Source: Eledone cirrhosa
Lineage: Eukaryota
Length of the DNA: 64,000 nucleotides
Assembly (NCBI GenBank): GCA_964016885.1
Contig: OZ024748.1
Location: 37,696,001-37,760,000, forward strand
Reading direction: 5' to 3'
In this document: positions 1 through 10,516 of the stretch, in pieces
Layout of the letters: every line of letters begins with the position of its first letter
Position numbering within the stretch: position 1 is the first letter of the stretch
Notes under the pieces: model-generated
The model's input: only the letters and a program-made list of their open reading frames with translations
Told to the model about the DNA's origin: nothing
The model's database searches: none
Program-made: the position numbers and the translations under genes

Positions 1-498
1 CATGAGAGAGAGAGATAGGTTGTCTGCCCTTGGGATGAGAATATATTGGTCTAACTAGTTTCATACATGAGAGAGAGATAGGTTGTCTGCCCTTGGGATG
101 AGAATATATTGGTCTAACTAGTTTAATAGATGCGAGAGAGAGATAGGTTGTCTGCCCTTGGGATGAGAATATATTGGTCTAACTAGTTTAATAGATGCGA
201 GAGAGAGATAGGTTGTCTGCCCTTGGGATGGGAATATATTGGTCTAACTAGTTTAATAGATGCGAGAGAGAGATAGGTTGTCTGCCCTTGGGATGAGAAT
301 ATATTGGTCTAACTAGTTTAATACATGAGAGAGAGAGATAGGTTGTCTGCCCTTGGGATAAGAATATATTGGTCTAACTAGTTTAATACATGCGAGAGAG
401 AGATAGGTTGTCTGCCCTTGGGATGAGAATATATTGGTCTAACTAGTTTAATATATGTGAGAGAGGTAGGTTGTCTGCCCTTGGGATGAGAATATATT
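1..498. repeat. 63-65 bp minisatellite, about 8 copies, cut by the window start
   Basis: Unit (GA)nTAGGTTGTCTGCCCTTGGGATGAGAATATATTGGTCTAACTAGTTTAATA(G/C)ATG recurs at about 15, 78, 143, 208, 273, 338, 403 and 466. Confidence 0.95.
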
Positions 499-644
499 CT
501 CCAACGAAGAACCTGGTAAGAATATCAGTTGATTAATATTCTTCAGAAATAAAAAAAGATTATGGCGAAATTTATGATATTACGGACAGCAGCTGTTCTG
601 CTGTCGGCAACCGGATCGGTTTCCAAATGGAGGGGGATATACTG

Positions 645-1363
<719 letters not shown>

Positions 1364-1378
1364 CCCCTGAAATACATT

Positions 1379-1925
1379 ACTGTGACCTCGCTATAACGCG
1401 ATCGATGAAATGTGATTAGTTTTACTCTTGTTCTCCATAAAGGTTGTGTTTTGTTGAGCTGGGTACTCCCTAGCGGCAACATATTAAACTGAATGGATTT
1501 CTTCTGACATTAATGTTTGACAAATCCCGTGACGGTTTTTAAACCTGTCTAGCCATTGATAGCTAGCTTCGATTTGTAAGATTTCATAATTGACTTGCTT
1601 GTCAAACTTCTCGGTTTGAGCTTTGGGAATAAAAGCGGAAATTAGAAAATGTTTGCTGCGTGAACTTAAACCAATCAATTTTACAGGGAGTCATCGATGC
1701 TGACATCATTGGCGGTTTTAAGGCATTTATGCCGGTTGTTCCTGGTTTTTTCCAAAAGACGTTTGTAACTTTCCGTCGTGGGATATCTGACCAGAAGTTG
1801 CTGATGTCGTTATTCCAAGATCACGCGAGACTTAAGATTGACTTGTCGTATTGATCACCTTTAACTGGCTACAGCTTATGTTTCACGGGAAAGAACTATT
1901 GTACTTTTCTCTCAGTTTCTTCCAT
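1379..1925 (-). pseudogene. Decayed pogo/Tigger-family transposase, N-terminal DNA-binding region (HTH_psq plus CENP-B-type HTH)
   Basis: ORF 1484-1678 contains ASYQWLDRFKNRHGI, matching the pogo/Tigger AS.GWL.RFK.RHGI motif. Upstream frames read RDLGITTS and RHKCLKTANDVSIDDSL with stops and frameshifts, with an ATG at about 1925. A TIR-like ACTGTGACCTCGCTATAACGCG lies at 1379-1400. Confidence 0.75.
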
Positions 1926-1974
1926 TTTGAGATACAAACACATTTTTTTAAAGAAAATCGAAATCAAGGACAGA

Positions 1975-2411
1975 GACGACGGCGACATCAACACCACCAC
2001 CACCAACAACAACAGCAACAACGACATCAACACCACCAACAACAACAACGACACCGCCACCAACAACAACAACAACAACGACACCACCACCACCCCACCA
2101 CCAACAATACTACCACCACCAACACCACCACCACCACCAACAACAACAACACCACCACAACCACCACCACCACCACAACAACAACAACACTACCACCAAC
2201 AACAACACCACCACCACCACCACCACCACCTACAACACCACCACCACCAACACCACCACCATCACCACCACCACAACAACAACACCACCACCACCTACAA
2301 AACCACCACCACCACCACCATCACAACAACACCACCAACACCCCCACCGCCACCACCCCCAACACCCCCTACAAAACCACCACCACCACCTACACCACCA
2401 CCACCACCACT

Positions 2412-2457
<46 letters not shown>

Positions 2458-2458
2458 C
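1975..2458. repeat. Imperfect (CAC/CAA)n trinucleotide tract
   Basis: Seen directly. It produces the poly-T/P/H/Q/N ORFs. Confidence 0.95.
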
Positions 2459-2702
2459 ATTTAAATAACGTCAAACTTTTCTGACATTTTCTATATTTCA
2501 TCTCGACATACGACATACAACATACAACACATACATATATATACACATGCACACAGACAAATACATACACACAACACATACATTCATACATATATACACA
2601 CACACAAACGTCTACGCATACATACACACAGATAAATACATACACATACATTCATATACCTTCTCCCTTCCCCCACAAACACAACACATAGAACACAGCG
2701 CA

Positions 2703-2742
<40 letters not shown>

Positions 2743-2778
2743 TGAACATATATATATATGTCACCTATATATATATAC

Positions 2779-2890
2779 TTGTTTCTACTTTAGGCACAAG
2801 GCCAGCAATTACCCAGTACATTACTGGTACTTTATTTTATCGACCCCGTAAGGATGAAAGGCAAAGTTAACCTCGGCGGGATTTGAACTC
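2779..2890 (-). mobile_element. tRNA-derived SINE, 5'-truncated
   Basis: Reverse complement of the B-box-to-tail part of the copy at 2920-3106. Confidence 0.9.
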
Positions 2891-2919
2891 TGACGGAGAG
2901 AGAAATATATATATATACT

Positions 2920-3105
2920 GGCGCGGATTGGCAGTATCGGTAGAGGGTCGGACGCCATGTTTTGACGCATAGAGTTACGGCCCTTGCCATTCTGAGTTCA
3001 AATCCCGCCAAGGTTAACTTTGCCTTTTATCCTTACGGGGTCGATAAAATAAAGTACCAGTAATGCACTGGTAATTGCTGGCCTTGTGCCAAAAGTAGAA
3101 ACAAT

Positions 3106-3106
<1 letters not shown>
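2920..3106 (+). mobile_element. tRNA-derived SINE, full length
   Basis: A box TGGCAGTATCGG, B box GAGTTCAAATCC, central domain AACTTTGCCTTT(C/T)ATCCTTACGGGGTCGATAAAATAAAGTACCAG (MetaSINE-like from recollection), and tail GGCCTTGTGCCAAAAGTAGAAACAATT. Seven copies occur in the window. Confidence 0.9.
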
Positions 3107-3158
<52 letters not shown>

Positions 3159-3183
3159 GTCTTGTTATTCTTGTGTGGGCATG

Positions 3184-3230
<47 letters not shown>

Positions 3231-3364
3231 ATTGAGGGCGGGGGGGGTGACTTTATGTAATAAATCATATTTTGTCACCATGGTAATTAAAAAACAACGT
3301 TGTTCAATACAATTTACTTTTCTAAGTTTTCAACATTCAATATGGTGACTATGTCAATATATTC

Positions 3365-3567
3365 TACAAGGGTAACCTGAGAATATCATAGTCTGACTAA
3401 GAGGGGGTGATGCTAGAGCTGTGAAATCTTGCATGTATTAATTTCAACTCTTCTTATTAGTCACTGCATTGATTCTTTCTAGTGAGTACGTTGAAAAAAT
3501 AAACCTCATTTAGTCATTCCATGAGAGTATCTTGGTCAGACTATGAATTTTTCAGCCGACCCTCGTA
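3365..3567. mobile_element. Mariner-type MITE, about 200 bp
   Basis: Imperfect 38-bp TIRs TACAAGGGTAACCTGAGAATATCATAGTCTGACTAAGA / TCTTGGTCAGACTATGAATTTTTCAGCCGACCCTCGTA, with TA at both ends. The TA-CGAGGG start is typical of mariner TIRs. Confidence 0.75.
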
Positions 3568-3671
3568 AATTTGTTTTAGTATTTCTAATATTTCTCATTT
3601 CTCCTCCAAACAACCGAAACCTCTGTGTTATCTTTTATCTCTTCCACTCCATGGGTTATGGCTATTTTGAT

Positions 3672-3711
<40 letters not shown>

Positions 3712-3755
3712 TAAGAGAGTAAAACAAAGAATCCTTTAATACATCAAAAGTTTTT

Positions 3756-3800
3756 ATTAGCCGACAATGTTTCGTCCTATTAAGGACTCATCAGGGCAAT
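3756..3800 (-). ncRNA. Minimal type I hammerhead ribozyme with canonical core
   Basis: Minus strand reads AUUGCC CUGAUGA GUCCU-uaau-AGGAC GAAA C-auu-G UC GGCuAAU. Stem I, a 5-bp stem II and a GUC cleavage triplet are all present. Confidence 0.85.
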
Positions 3801-4597
3801 CAAAACAACAAGAAGTAATATCGGCAGATACAAGCCGGAATCTCTGAAGAATATGGAGTGTGCATACACTAAAGTCTTACAAAAATATATGATAATAAAA
3901 ATGAAAATAAAATAAAAATAAAAATAATAAAAATATATAATAATAAGAATAACTAAGGATGTAGATAACATTAAGAACCATATTACAAATATAGTCCAAA
4001 GCAACTAACCTAAATCTAAACAAATTTGGTTATATAGAGCAGGAATTATATATAACACAATGCAATAAACATAATACATTATAATAATATACCTTTACCA
4101 ACATTAAAATTACAAATTAAAAATCAAAAGGTACAATATATACATGTATATATGTGCGCACACACACACACACACACATATATAACAATACACCCATCTA
4201 TGATCAATTATACAAATTAAGCCCTATTAGAAGTTTGAATATAAAAATAAGCATGATAAGAGTGAAAATAATAACAATACATCTACCCAATATACATGAG
4301 GCAATAATATGATATAATTACAAGAGACACATATAATAAATAATAAACAATAAAATTATATAATTCAATATAATATAATAAAATAGATAATCCCCGGTTA
4401 GTTTACAGAAACAATATAGATGTCACAATAAAATACAATGATAATACGTAAACAGTGTACCATTTACCATAAACAATGTATACAAATCGATTCATACTGG
4501 GTTACAGAGTAAATGAGGAAAAATAAATTATATAATACTAAAAAAAAACACTATAATGGTACTGTAAAAATTATGATGGTACAGAAAAAAATATATA

Positions 4598-4782
4598 TAC
4601 AGACATCTTACATGATATGCAAAGTCTAAATATCATAATGCTACATATAATGAACAGTAAGTAATAAGGATCAATATTACAATATTACAAAATATACAGA
4701 CATCTTACATGATATATAAAGTTTAAATGTCATAATGTTACATATAATGAACAGTAAGTAATAAGGATCAATATTACAATAC
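4598..4782. repeat. Tandem duplication, 97-bp period
   Basis: TACAGACATCTTACATGATAT...GGATCAATATTACAATA at 4598 and 4695. Confidence 0.9.
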
Positions 4783-4834
4783 AATATAATATAATATATT
4801 ATAAATTGACATAAAATAATACTTATAATTACAG

Positions 4835-4923
4835 GGTTAGTAGACAGACATATGTGGATGTGTAAGCAAAGCCAGACAGGTTAGTAGACAGACATATGTG
4901 GATGCGTAAGCAAAGCCAGACAG
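4835..4923. repeat. Tandem duplication, 44-bp period
   Basis: GGTTAGTAGACAGACATATGTGGATG(T/C)GTAAGCAAAGCCAGACA at 4835 and 4879. Confidence 0.9.
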
Positions 4924-5708
4924 TGGATAGTAAATAGAATATAGAATGAAATAAATAAATAAATATAATCAACCGGAAATTACAAAACAAAAGCAAATAT
5001 ATACACACTAAGGCCTCACATGCGGTTAAGAAATTAGGTAAACACTAAGGAAAACAATCATTTTAATTGACTCAAAACCCTATTTGATAAATTAATATTA
5101 AAAATATCAAACCTATCCAATAAGGTAGTATAATATTAGCTGTAGTTTAAGTCATTAAAGTTTATAAACTTTAATGTTTCATTACAAATGTTTACAAAAA
5201 GGAATGAAAATTTGTTACTATCATATACGCAACGATATCTAAAAAACTGACTTAAGTAGAATTAAGGTAGGCTAATGGGGACAGAATTGACGAAATGTAT
5301 GGAGGGTGCGAAGTGGCATAAAATATAGTCGATATACTATAATAAATAATAGAATGAAGCGTAAAAGAGGGTGGGGGTTAAATATAATCATAGTCAATCT
5401 GGAGGGGTTGACAATAAGTTTATGTGCGCATGGGGGGAGGGGGAAGGGGGAGGGGGGGGGGGGCGTTGTCCAAAGATGAATCTGAATAAAATTAGAAATA
5501 AAAATAGAATTAAAAATAAAAATAAAATTAGTAATAAAAATAAAAATAAAGATAATAATAGAATAACGTAAGTGGCGTAAAGCGTGTAATCTTATGTATA
5601 TTAACAAGGTGTAATAGTGAAAACATAGATATGGTACAGTAGCCAAATGATTATGAGAGCTAGAATGAAGAGTCATCAAAAACCAATGGTAATAATGATG
5701 ATAGTAAT

Positions 5709-5892
5709 AATTATTTCTACTATTGGCACAAGGCCAGCAATTACCCAGTACATTACTGGTACTTTATTTTATCGACCCCGTAAGGATGAAAGGCAAAGTC
5801 AACCTCGGCGGGATTTGAACTCAGATCGTAAAGGGACGTAACTATGCTGGAAAGCATGGCGTCCGACCCTCTACCGATACTGCCAATCCACA
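5709..5892 (-). mobile_element. tRNA-derived SINE, near full length, nested in the PLE 3' region
   Basis: Reverse complement of 2920-3106. Candidate TSD GTAATAATG(A/T)TG at 5689 and 5893. Confidence 0.9.
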
Positions 5893-5951
5893 GTAATAAT
5901 GTTGGCAAACAAAAGAACCTAAACTAAAAACTAAGTAATGGAATATATCTG

Positions 5952-6755
5952 CTAATGGGTACAAATTGTACTACTAGAACGTTTGGGTTTATAATAAAAA
6001 TAAGAATTAGAAATGGCGTGGGGGCAAGAAGAGAATATCTCAGACTTTCTATTAAGTAGGGATACGCTAGAGAAAATAATAGAGTGTGTCTCAAGTATAC
6101 AGAGATTACAAAACTTACTATGTGTAGAAAGGTGGTTAGAGCGTGCTACTAAACGCCAGTTAAGGCTATATGGTATATAAGCTCCCTTAAGCTCCCAGAT
6201 ATAATGCGCTAAAGAGGTAGAATTCTTAAACCTAACATGTTTGAAGTTAGAGATATGAGAGTTAAACCTAGTCTTAAAAGTGTTTGAAGTAGATCCTATA
6301 TACGTTCTATTAGAGGAATTAGTTATAACTTCGCAAGCGTAGACAATGTTCTTAGAAAGGCAGTTACCATTTAGAGGGCAGTTAGCACTCACTCTGCAAT
6401 TGCACTTCCGGGTGTTATTGGTTGGCTCGAGTGGTGATGTATTACACGTAGAACCTCTATTAGATAAGGACTGTTCTGGTGGTAAAGCATTGTCCGATCC
6501 GTTCAGACTAGTAGTATGTAGAGAGGAGAATCCATCCCTAATTTTCCTATTATTAGTGCTAGCTAAATGAGAACTAATATTAGGGGTGGTAGAGAATGAG
6601 AGTTTAATAACATTTTTATTAAAAATACCATGGTATTTATGAGAAGGGGGGAAATTTTTCTCTAAGATAGTGAAGAAAGATTTTTGGAAATTTTTCTCTA
6701 AGATAGTGAAGAAAGATTTTTGGAAAATTTTTTGGCTCTGTTTAACTGCATTGAG
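5952..6755 (-). CDS. C-terminal fragment of a PLE polyprotein: post-RT linker, Cys motif and GIY-YIG endonuclease (Naiad/Neptune-like)
   Basis: By manual translation the frame is stop-free from 6755 to 5952: FFTILEKNFPPSHKYHGIFNKNVIKLSFSTTPN...CNCRVSANCPLNGNCLSKNIVY...YIGST..FKTRFNSH...LAHYIWELK...CNLCILE...LLNRKSEIFSSCPH. The RT core is absent. Confidence 0.85.
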   Translation of the reverse strand, partial: LNAVKQSQKIFQKSFFTILEKNFQKSFFTILEKNFPPSHKYHGIFNKNVIKLSFSTTPNISSHLASTNNRKIRDGFSSLHTTSLNGSDNALPPEQSLSNRGSTCNTSPLEPTNNTRKCNCRVSANCPLNGNCLSKNIVYACEVITNSSNRTYIGSTSNTFKTRFNSHISNFKHVRFKNSTSLAHYIWELKGAYIPYSLNWRLVARSNHLSTHSKFCNLCILETHSIIFSSVSLLNRKSEIFSSCPHAISNSYFYYKPKRSSSTICTH

Positions 6756-6825
6756 CTATACCTTTTACTGTCATTTCTATAATACGAAGAGGGTGTTTAA
6801 CTCCAACACGCTCCAGTATTCTAAT

Positions 6826-6869
<44 letters not shown>

Positions 6870-6930
6870 TTCCAGTATTCCTTCACGAACTGAATCACGC
6901 GAAACTTATCTGCTTATCTTTCAATCTTTT

Positions 6931-7150
6931 AGGCTTTGGATTGGCAGAATCAGTAGACCGTCGGACAACATGCTCTATGGCATAGAGTTACGTCCCTTCA
7001 CGTTCTGAATTCAAACCCCACCGAGGGTAGCTTTGCCTTTCATCCTTACAGGGTCGATATAATAAAGTACCAGTCATGCACTGGGGTCGATTTAATCGAC
7101 TTTCCCCTCCTCCAAAATTGATGTTTTTGAGTCTAAATCAGAAACCATTA
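6931..7150 (+). mobile_element. tRNA-derived SINE, more diverged and longer subfamily
   Basis: A box TGGCAGAATCAG, B-box-like GAATTCAAACCC, the same central domain, and an extra segment GGGGTCGATTTAATCGACTTTCCCCTCCTCCAAAATTG before the tail. Confidence 0.85.
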
Positions 7151-7174
7151 TTTTACCTGTTTCATTATTTTACC

Positions 7175-7289
7175 TGAGTTCAAATACCGCCGAGGTTAAC
7201 TTTGCCTTTCATCCTTACGGGGTCGATAAAATAAAGTACCAGTAATGCTCTGGGTAATTGCTGGCCTTGTGCCAAAAGTAGAAACAATT
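7175..7289 (+). mobile_element. tRNA-derived SINE, 5'-truncated, with TSD
   Basis: Runs from B box to tail, flanked by ATTATTTTACCTGTTTCA at about 7149 and 7287. Confidence 0.9.
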
Positions 7290-7354
7290 ATTTTACCTGT
7301 TTCAGTCCATTGCAGTGGCCAAGCTGGAGCACTGACGCTTTTTACTGTTATTGT

Positions 7355-7404
7355 TTCTTTCTCTCTTTCTCTTTCTCTCTCTCTCCCTCTCTCATTCTTT
7401 CTCC

Positions 7405-7464
<60 letters not shown>

Positions 7465-7750
7465 CTTTCTCCCTCTTTCACTCTCCCTCTCTCTTTCTCT
7501 CTCTCTCTCATTCTTTCTCCCTCTTTCACTCTCCCTCACTCTCTCATTCTTTCTCCCTCTTTCACTCTCCCTCTCTCTTTCTCTCTCTCTCTCTCAATTC
7601 TTTCTCCCCCTTTCACTCTCCCTCACTCTCTCATTCTTTCTCCCTCTTTCACTCTCCCTCACTCTCTCATTCTTTCTCCCTCTTCCACTCTCCCTCTCTC
7701 TTTCACTCTCCCTCTCATTCTTTCTCCCTCTCTCACCCCCCCCTCTCTCC
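7355..7750. repeat. (CT)n microsatellite grading into a CT-rich minisatellite
   Basis: Core CTCATTCTTTCTCCCTCTTTCACTCTCCCT repeated about 7 times with variable CT spacers. Confidence 0.9.
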
Positions 7751-7925
7751 AATTAACAGTGTTTAGATATGTCCTAGAACAGTTTTATCGAATTGTTAGA
7801 ATTGTTACCAAATTAACAGCCATTATCGGCTTCTAACGGCTTCCAATAACGTTTACTATGAAAACGACTTTCATAGCAATATACTGTTCCACACACACAC
7901 ACACATTCACACACACACACGCACA

Positions 7926-7971
<46 letters not shown>

Positions 7972-7973
<2 letters not shown>

Positions 7974-8627
7974 ATATAAAGAAATACACAGACACATGCG
8001 AACACATACATATACATGAATATATCCACATATATCCCTGATTTAGTGGTGCCAACCTCAACCGATGTTGCTCTATGAATAACTGGGACAAAATAACCTG
8101 AATGGATTAGATTGATTCAGTATCAGAGCTATATAATACATTATAAAGAAAGAAGAAACATTAGATATAATTGTGTCCACATGTATCTGTGTATTTCTTT
8201 ATATTGTTTATAACTCCCTATGGTAGAGTAACCACTGAAGTGTAGTGACTGCTGGAAAGCTATCATTACTCATACTTCTCGCCATCCTAGCCATCTCTTC
8301 TACGGCTTTGATCTAAGTACCCCCGCTGCCTTTGTGGTATTTTTTCTTGGTTATAAGAGGCTTAGCTCTGTTTCTTGACCGCTGTATCACGTGATTGACT
8401 CCCCCTCCGCCTTTCGGGATTCTATCTCGCGTCCTACGGATGTGTTTTGAAACTCTTAATGAGGTATCCTCTTGATAAGTCGGCAAACCTCACAAAAATA
8501 CTGCATGTCTGTGATGTAGTGTTTTTGCATAATATGCCACGAAACTACGTAGTCGAGGAGTAATAAAGAAATTTGGGTATGGTATATCTTATTAATTATA
8601 TCTAATGTTTCTTCTTCCTTTATAATG

Positions 8628-8635
<8 letters not shown>
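7972..8635 (+). mobile_element. Non-coding HHR element (retrozyme or PLE pLTR-like) with an inverted, circularly permuted arm
   Basis: 8131-8172 is the reverse complement of 8594-8635, and 7972-8005 is the reverse complement of 8173-8206. HHR at 8467-8559, then AATAAA. Flanked by (TA)n/(CA)n. Confidence 0.75.
8467..8559 (+). ncRNA. Type I hammerhead ribozyme, U3-A8 core variant, extended stem II
   Basis: UCCUC UUGAUAA GUcGGCA...UGCCAC GAAA CUACGUAG UC GAGGA. Internal hairpin CAAAAAUACUGCAU/AUGUAGUGUUUUUG. Confidence 0.7.
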
Positions 8636-8674
<39 letters not shown>

Positions 8675-9306
8675 ATTATTCTCCAGACTCTAGCTATTGA
8701 CCAGTTAATTTTCTTGATTTTTTAGTTGATTCTATTGATTGATGAATAGCTTATGTTAATTTTAACCCTTCTGTTGAGAACTCTATTCGATTTGTGATGT
8801 TTTTGCATTCTTGCAAAAATATACACAACTGAATTCATTCGCCTGATATAGGGGTTGCCTCCCTTGCCGATCCCCACGTGGGGTCAGCAATAGTCAGTCC
8901 TTGTATTAACATTGAACTAAAACCTGTTGAGAAAGTGGCTTCCTTGTTCAATCATCTTACCAGAAGCCTGACATTATTTATGTAAGCAGACAGTTCTTGA
9001 TTTAGGAGCCGCAGAAACCCATATACTGGATTTTACCAATGTTCCAGGGGTCCGGGTAAATTTTCAATACCCGAATTACTTGATCGTTTTATTTTTTGGC
9101 TATACGAATGATTGTTTAACCATCGTCTCAGTGAGTTTGGCCTTTAACGTTTGTTATAGCTCTGGTTCATCTGAATCATTGAGCACTTTCCGCACATCTC
9201 GGAGGTTGTTTTTCGTTATTTCGTGGGCCGAAATGCGAATCTCGATAATTTATGTTTATATATATATATATATATATACAGACAATGACACATATATACA
9301 CACATA

Positions 9307-9357
<51 letters not shown>

Positions 9358-9409
9358 GATATAGATATAGATATAGATATAGATATACATATATATATAT
9401 ATATATATA

Positions 9410-9501
9410 GGAACAAGTAAGACCCCGACGGCTGAGCTCAAGCCGTTTCGACGGCTAATTCTGGACTATGGTCCACCTGGTTCCTTACCACATTTCCTTC
9501 G

Positions 9502-9502
<1 letters not shown>
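9410..9502 (-). mobile_element. Short PLE-tail-like fragment with the 3' half of an HHR, between (TA)n tracts
   Basis: Minus strand reads ACGAAGG...GAAA CGGC-uugagcuca-GCCG UC GGGGUC. The 5' core appears cut within (CUG)ACGA, and stem II is unclear. Confidence 0.4.
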
Positions 9503-9567
<65 letters not shown>

Positions 9568-9799
9568 AACAAGGGGAGAAGAATACTGCATGGTTGCACA
9601 TGGATTACATATTATAAAATTAGTCCCTCATCAGTGAGTTGCCAACCGTCATTGGTATTTCATCGCATTAAAAATCAGATACCTCAGGTTGGTGCGAGCA
9701 ATAACTAAAATAAGCTATTGGGACAAGTGAAACGCGTAAAGCGAGTGAGACAAGTAAACAACAGAAGGAAAAGCAAACCGAAGGTTGGAAAAACAGCAA

Positions 9800-9860
<61 letters not shown>

Positions 9861-9863
<3 letters not shown>

Positions 9864-10456
9864 GAAGTTATATTTAGTTTGTTGGGATACAACAAGCAAA
9901 TATTTTTATAACTCATATAAAGCACTCAACAAATTTTTGGAGTAAAAATACAATATATTAACAAATGGAAACTATATTTATAAAGCCATATTTATTTCAT
10001 TATACATATTTCAAGGACACCAAAGCAAATTATGGTGCGCTTTCATCAGATAAAATATAATATAGATCAGTTTTATAAGCAAATATTGACAAACCCTTAA
10101 AGAATGCAACCATGTCGGTTGGAAGCTCCCGGATAGTGGGGTTACTAATTTTATTATTGGTTTATTATGCAAATTAGTGTCGGAAAGGTTTAAATCCCAT
10201 ACATTTAAATTAAGCCGTTGGAATAGGGAAAAAATAATTTGCATAATAGACCAATAGTAAAATTAGTAACCCCACTATCCGGGAGCTTCCAACCGACATG
10301 GTTGCAATCTTTAAGGGTATGTCAATATTTGTTTATAAAACTGATCTATATTATATTTTATCTGATGAAAGCACACCATAATTTGGTTTGGTGTCCTTGA
10401 AATATGTATAATGAAATAAATATGGTTTTATAAATATAGTTTCCATTTGTTAATAT

Positions 10457-10463
<7 letters not shown>
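9861..10463. mobile_element. Foldback element, copy 2, more complete centre, HHR-like core in each arm
   Basis: Left arm 9861-10176, 58-bp spacer, right arm 10235-10463 (terminal about 85 bp missing). CTGATGA at 10362-10368 and GAAA at 10399-10402, with the mirror copy at 10009-10049. Flanked by (TA)n. Confidence 0.85.

Positions 10464-10511
<48 letters not shown>

Positions 10512-10516
<5 letters not shown>

Larger units (their letters stand above)
3712..6755 (-). mobile_element. 5'-truncated Penelope-like retroelement: EN-coding end, long AT-rich 3' region, HHR, ending at (TA)n
   Basis: GIY-YIG frame at 5952-6755, with an HHR at 3756-3800 followed by AATAAA on the same strand, then a (TA)n tract. 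Continuity of the 2.2-kb 3' region is inferred. Confidence 0.7.

Noticed and set aside
1851-2651. Pro/Thr/His/Gln-rich mucin-like ORFs (also 14651-15490)
   Set aside because: A trinucleotide tract open in several frames on both strands, with no domain evidence.
2920-3010. tRNA gene suggested by A and B boxes
   Set aside because: I could not form a cloverleaf, and the sequence continues into a multi-copy SINE body.
3274-3300. GTCACCATGGTAAT X-box-like motif similar to the one at 14760
   Set aside because: A short isolated match with no other promoter evidence nearby.
7854-7876. Small hairpin CTATGAAA-acgac-TTTCATAG
   Set aside because: An isolated 8-bp stem that is plausible by chance in AT-rich DNA.
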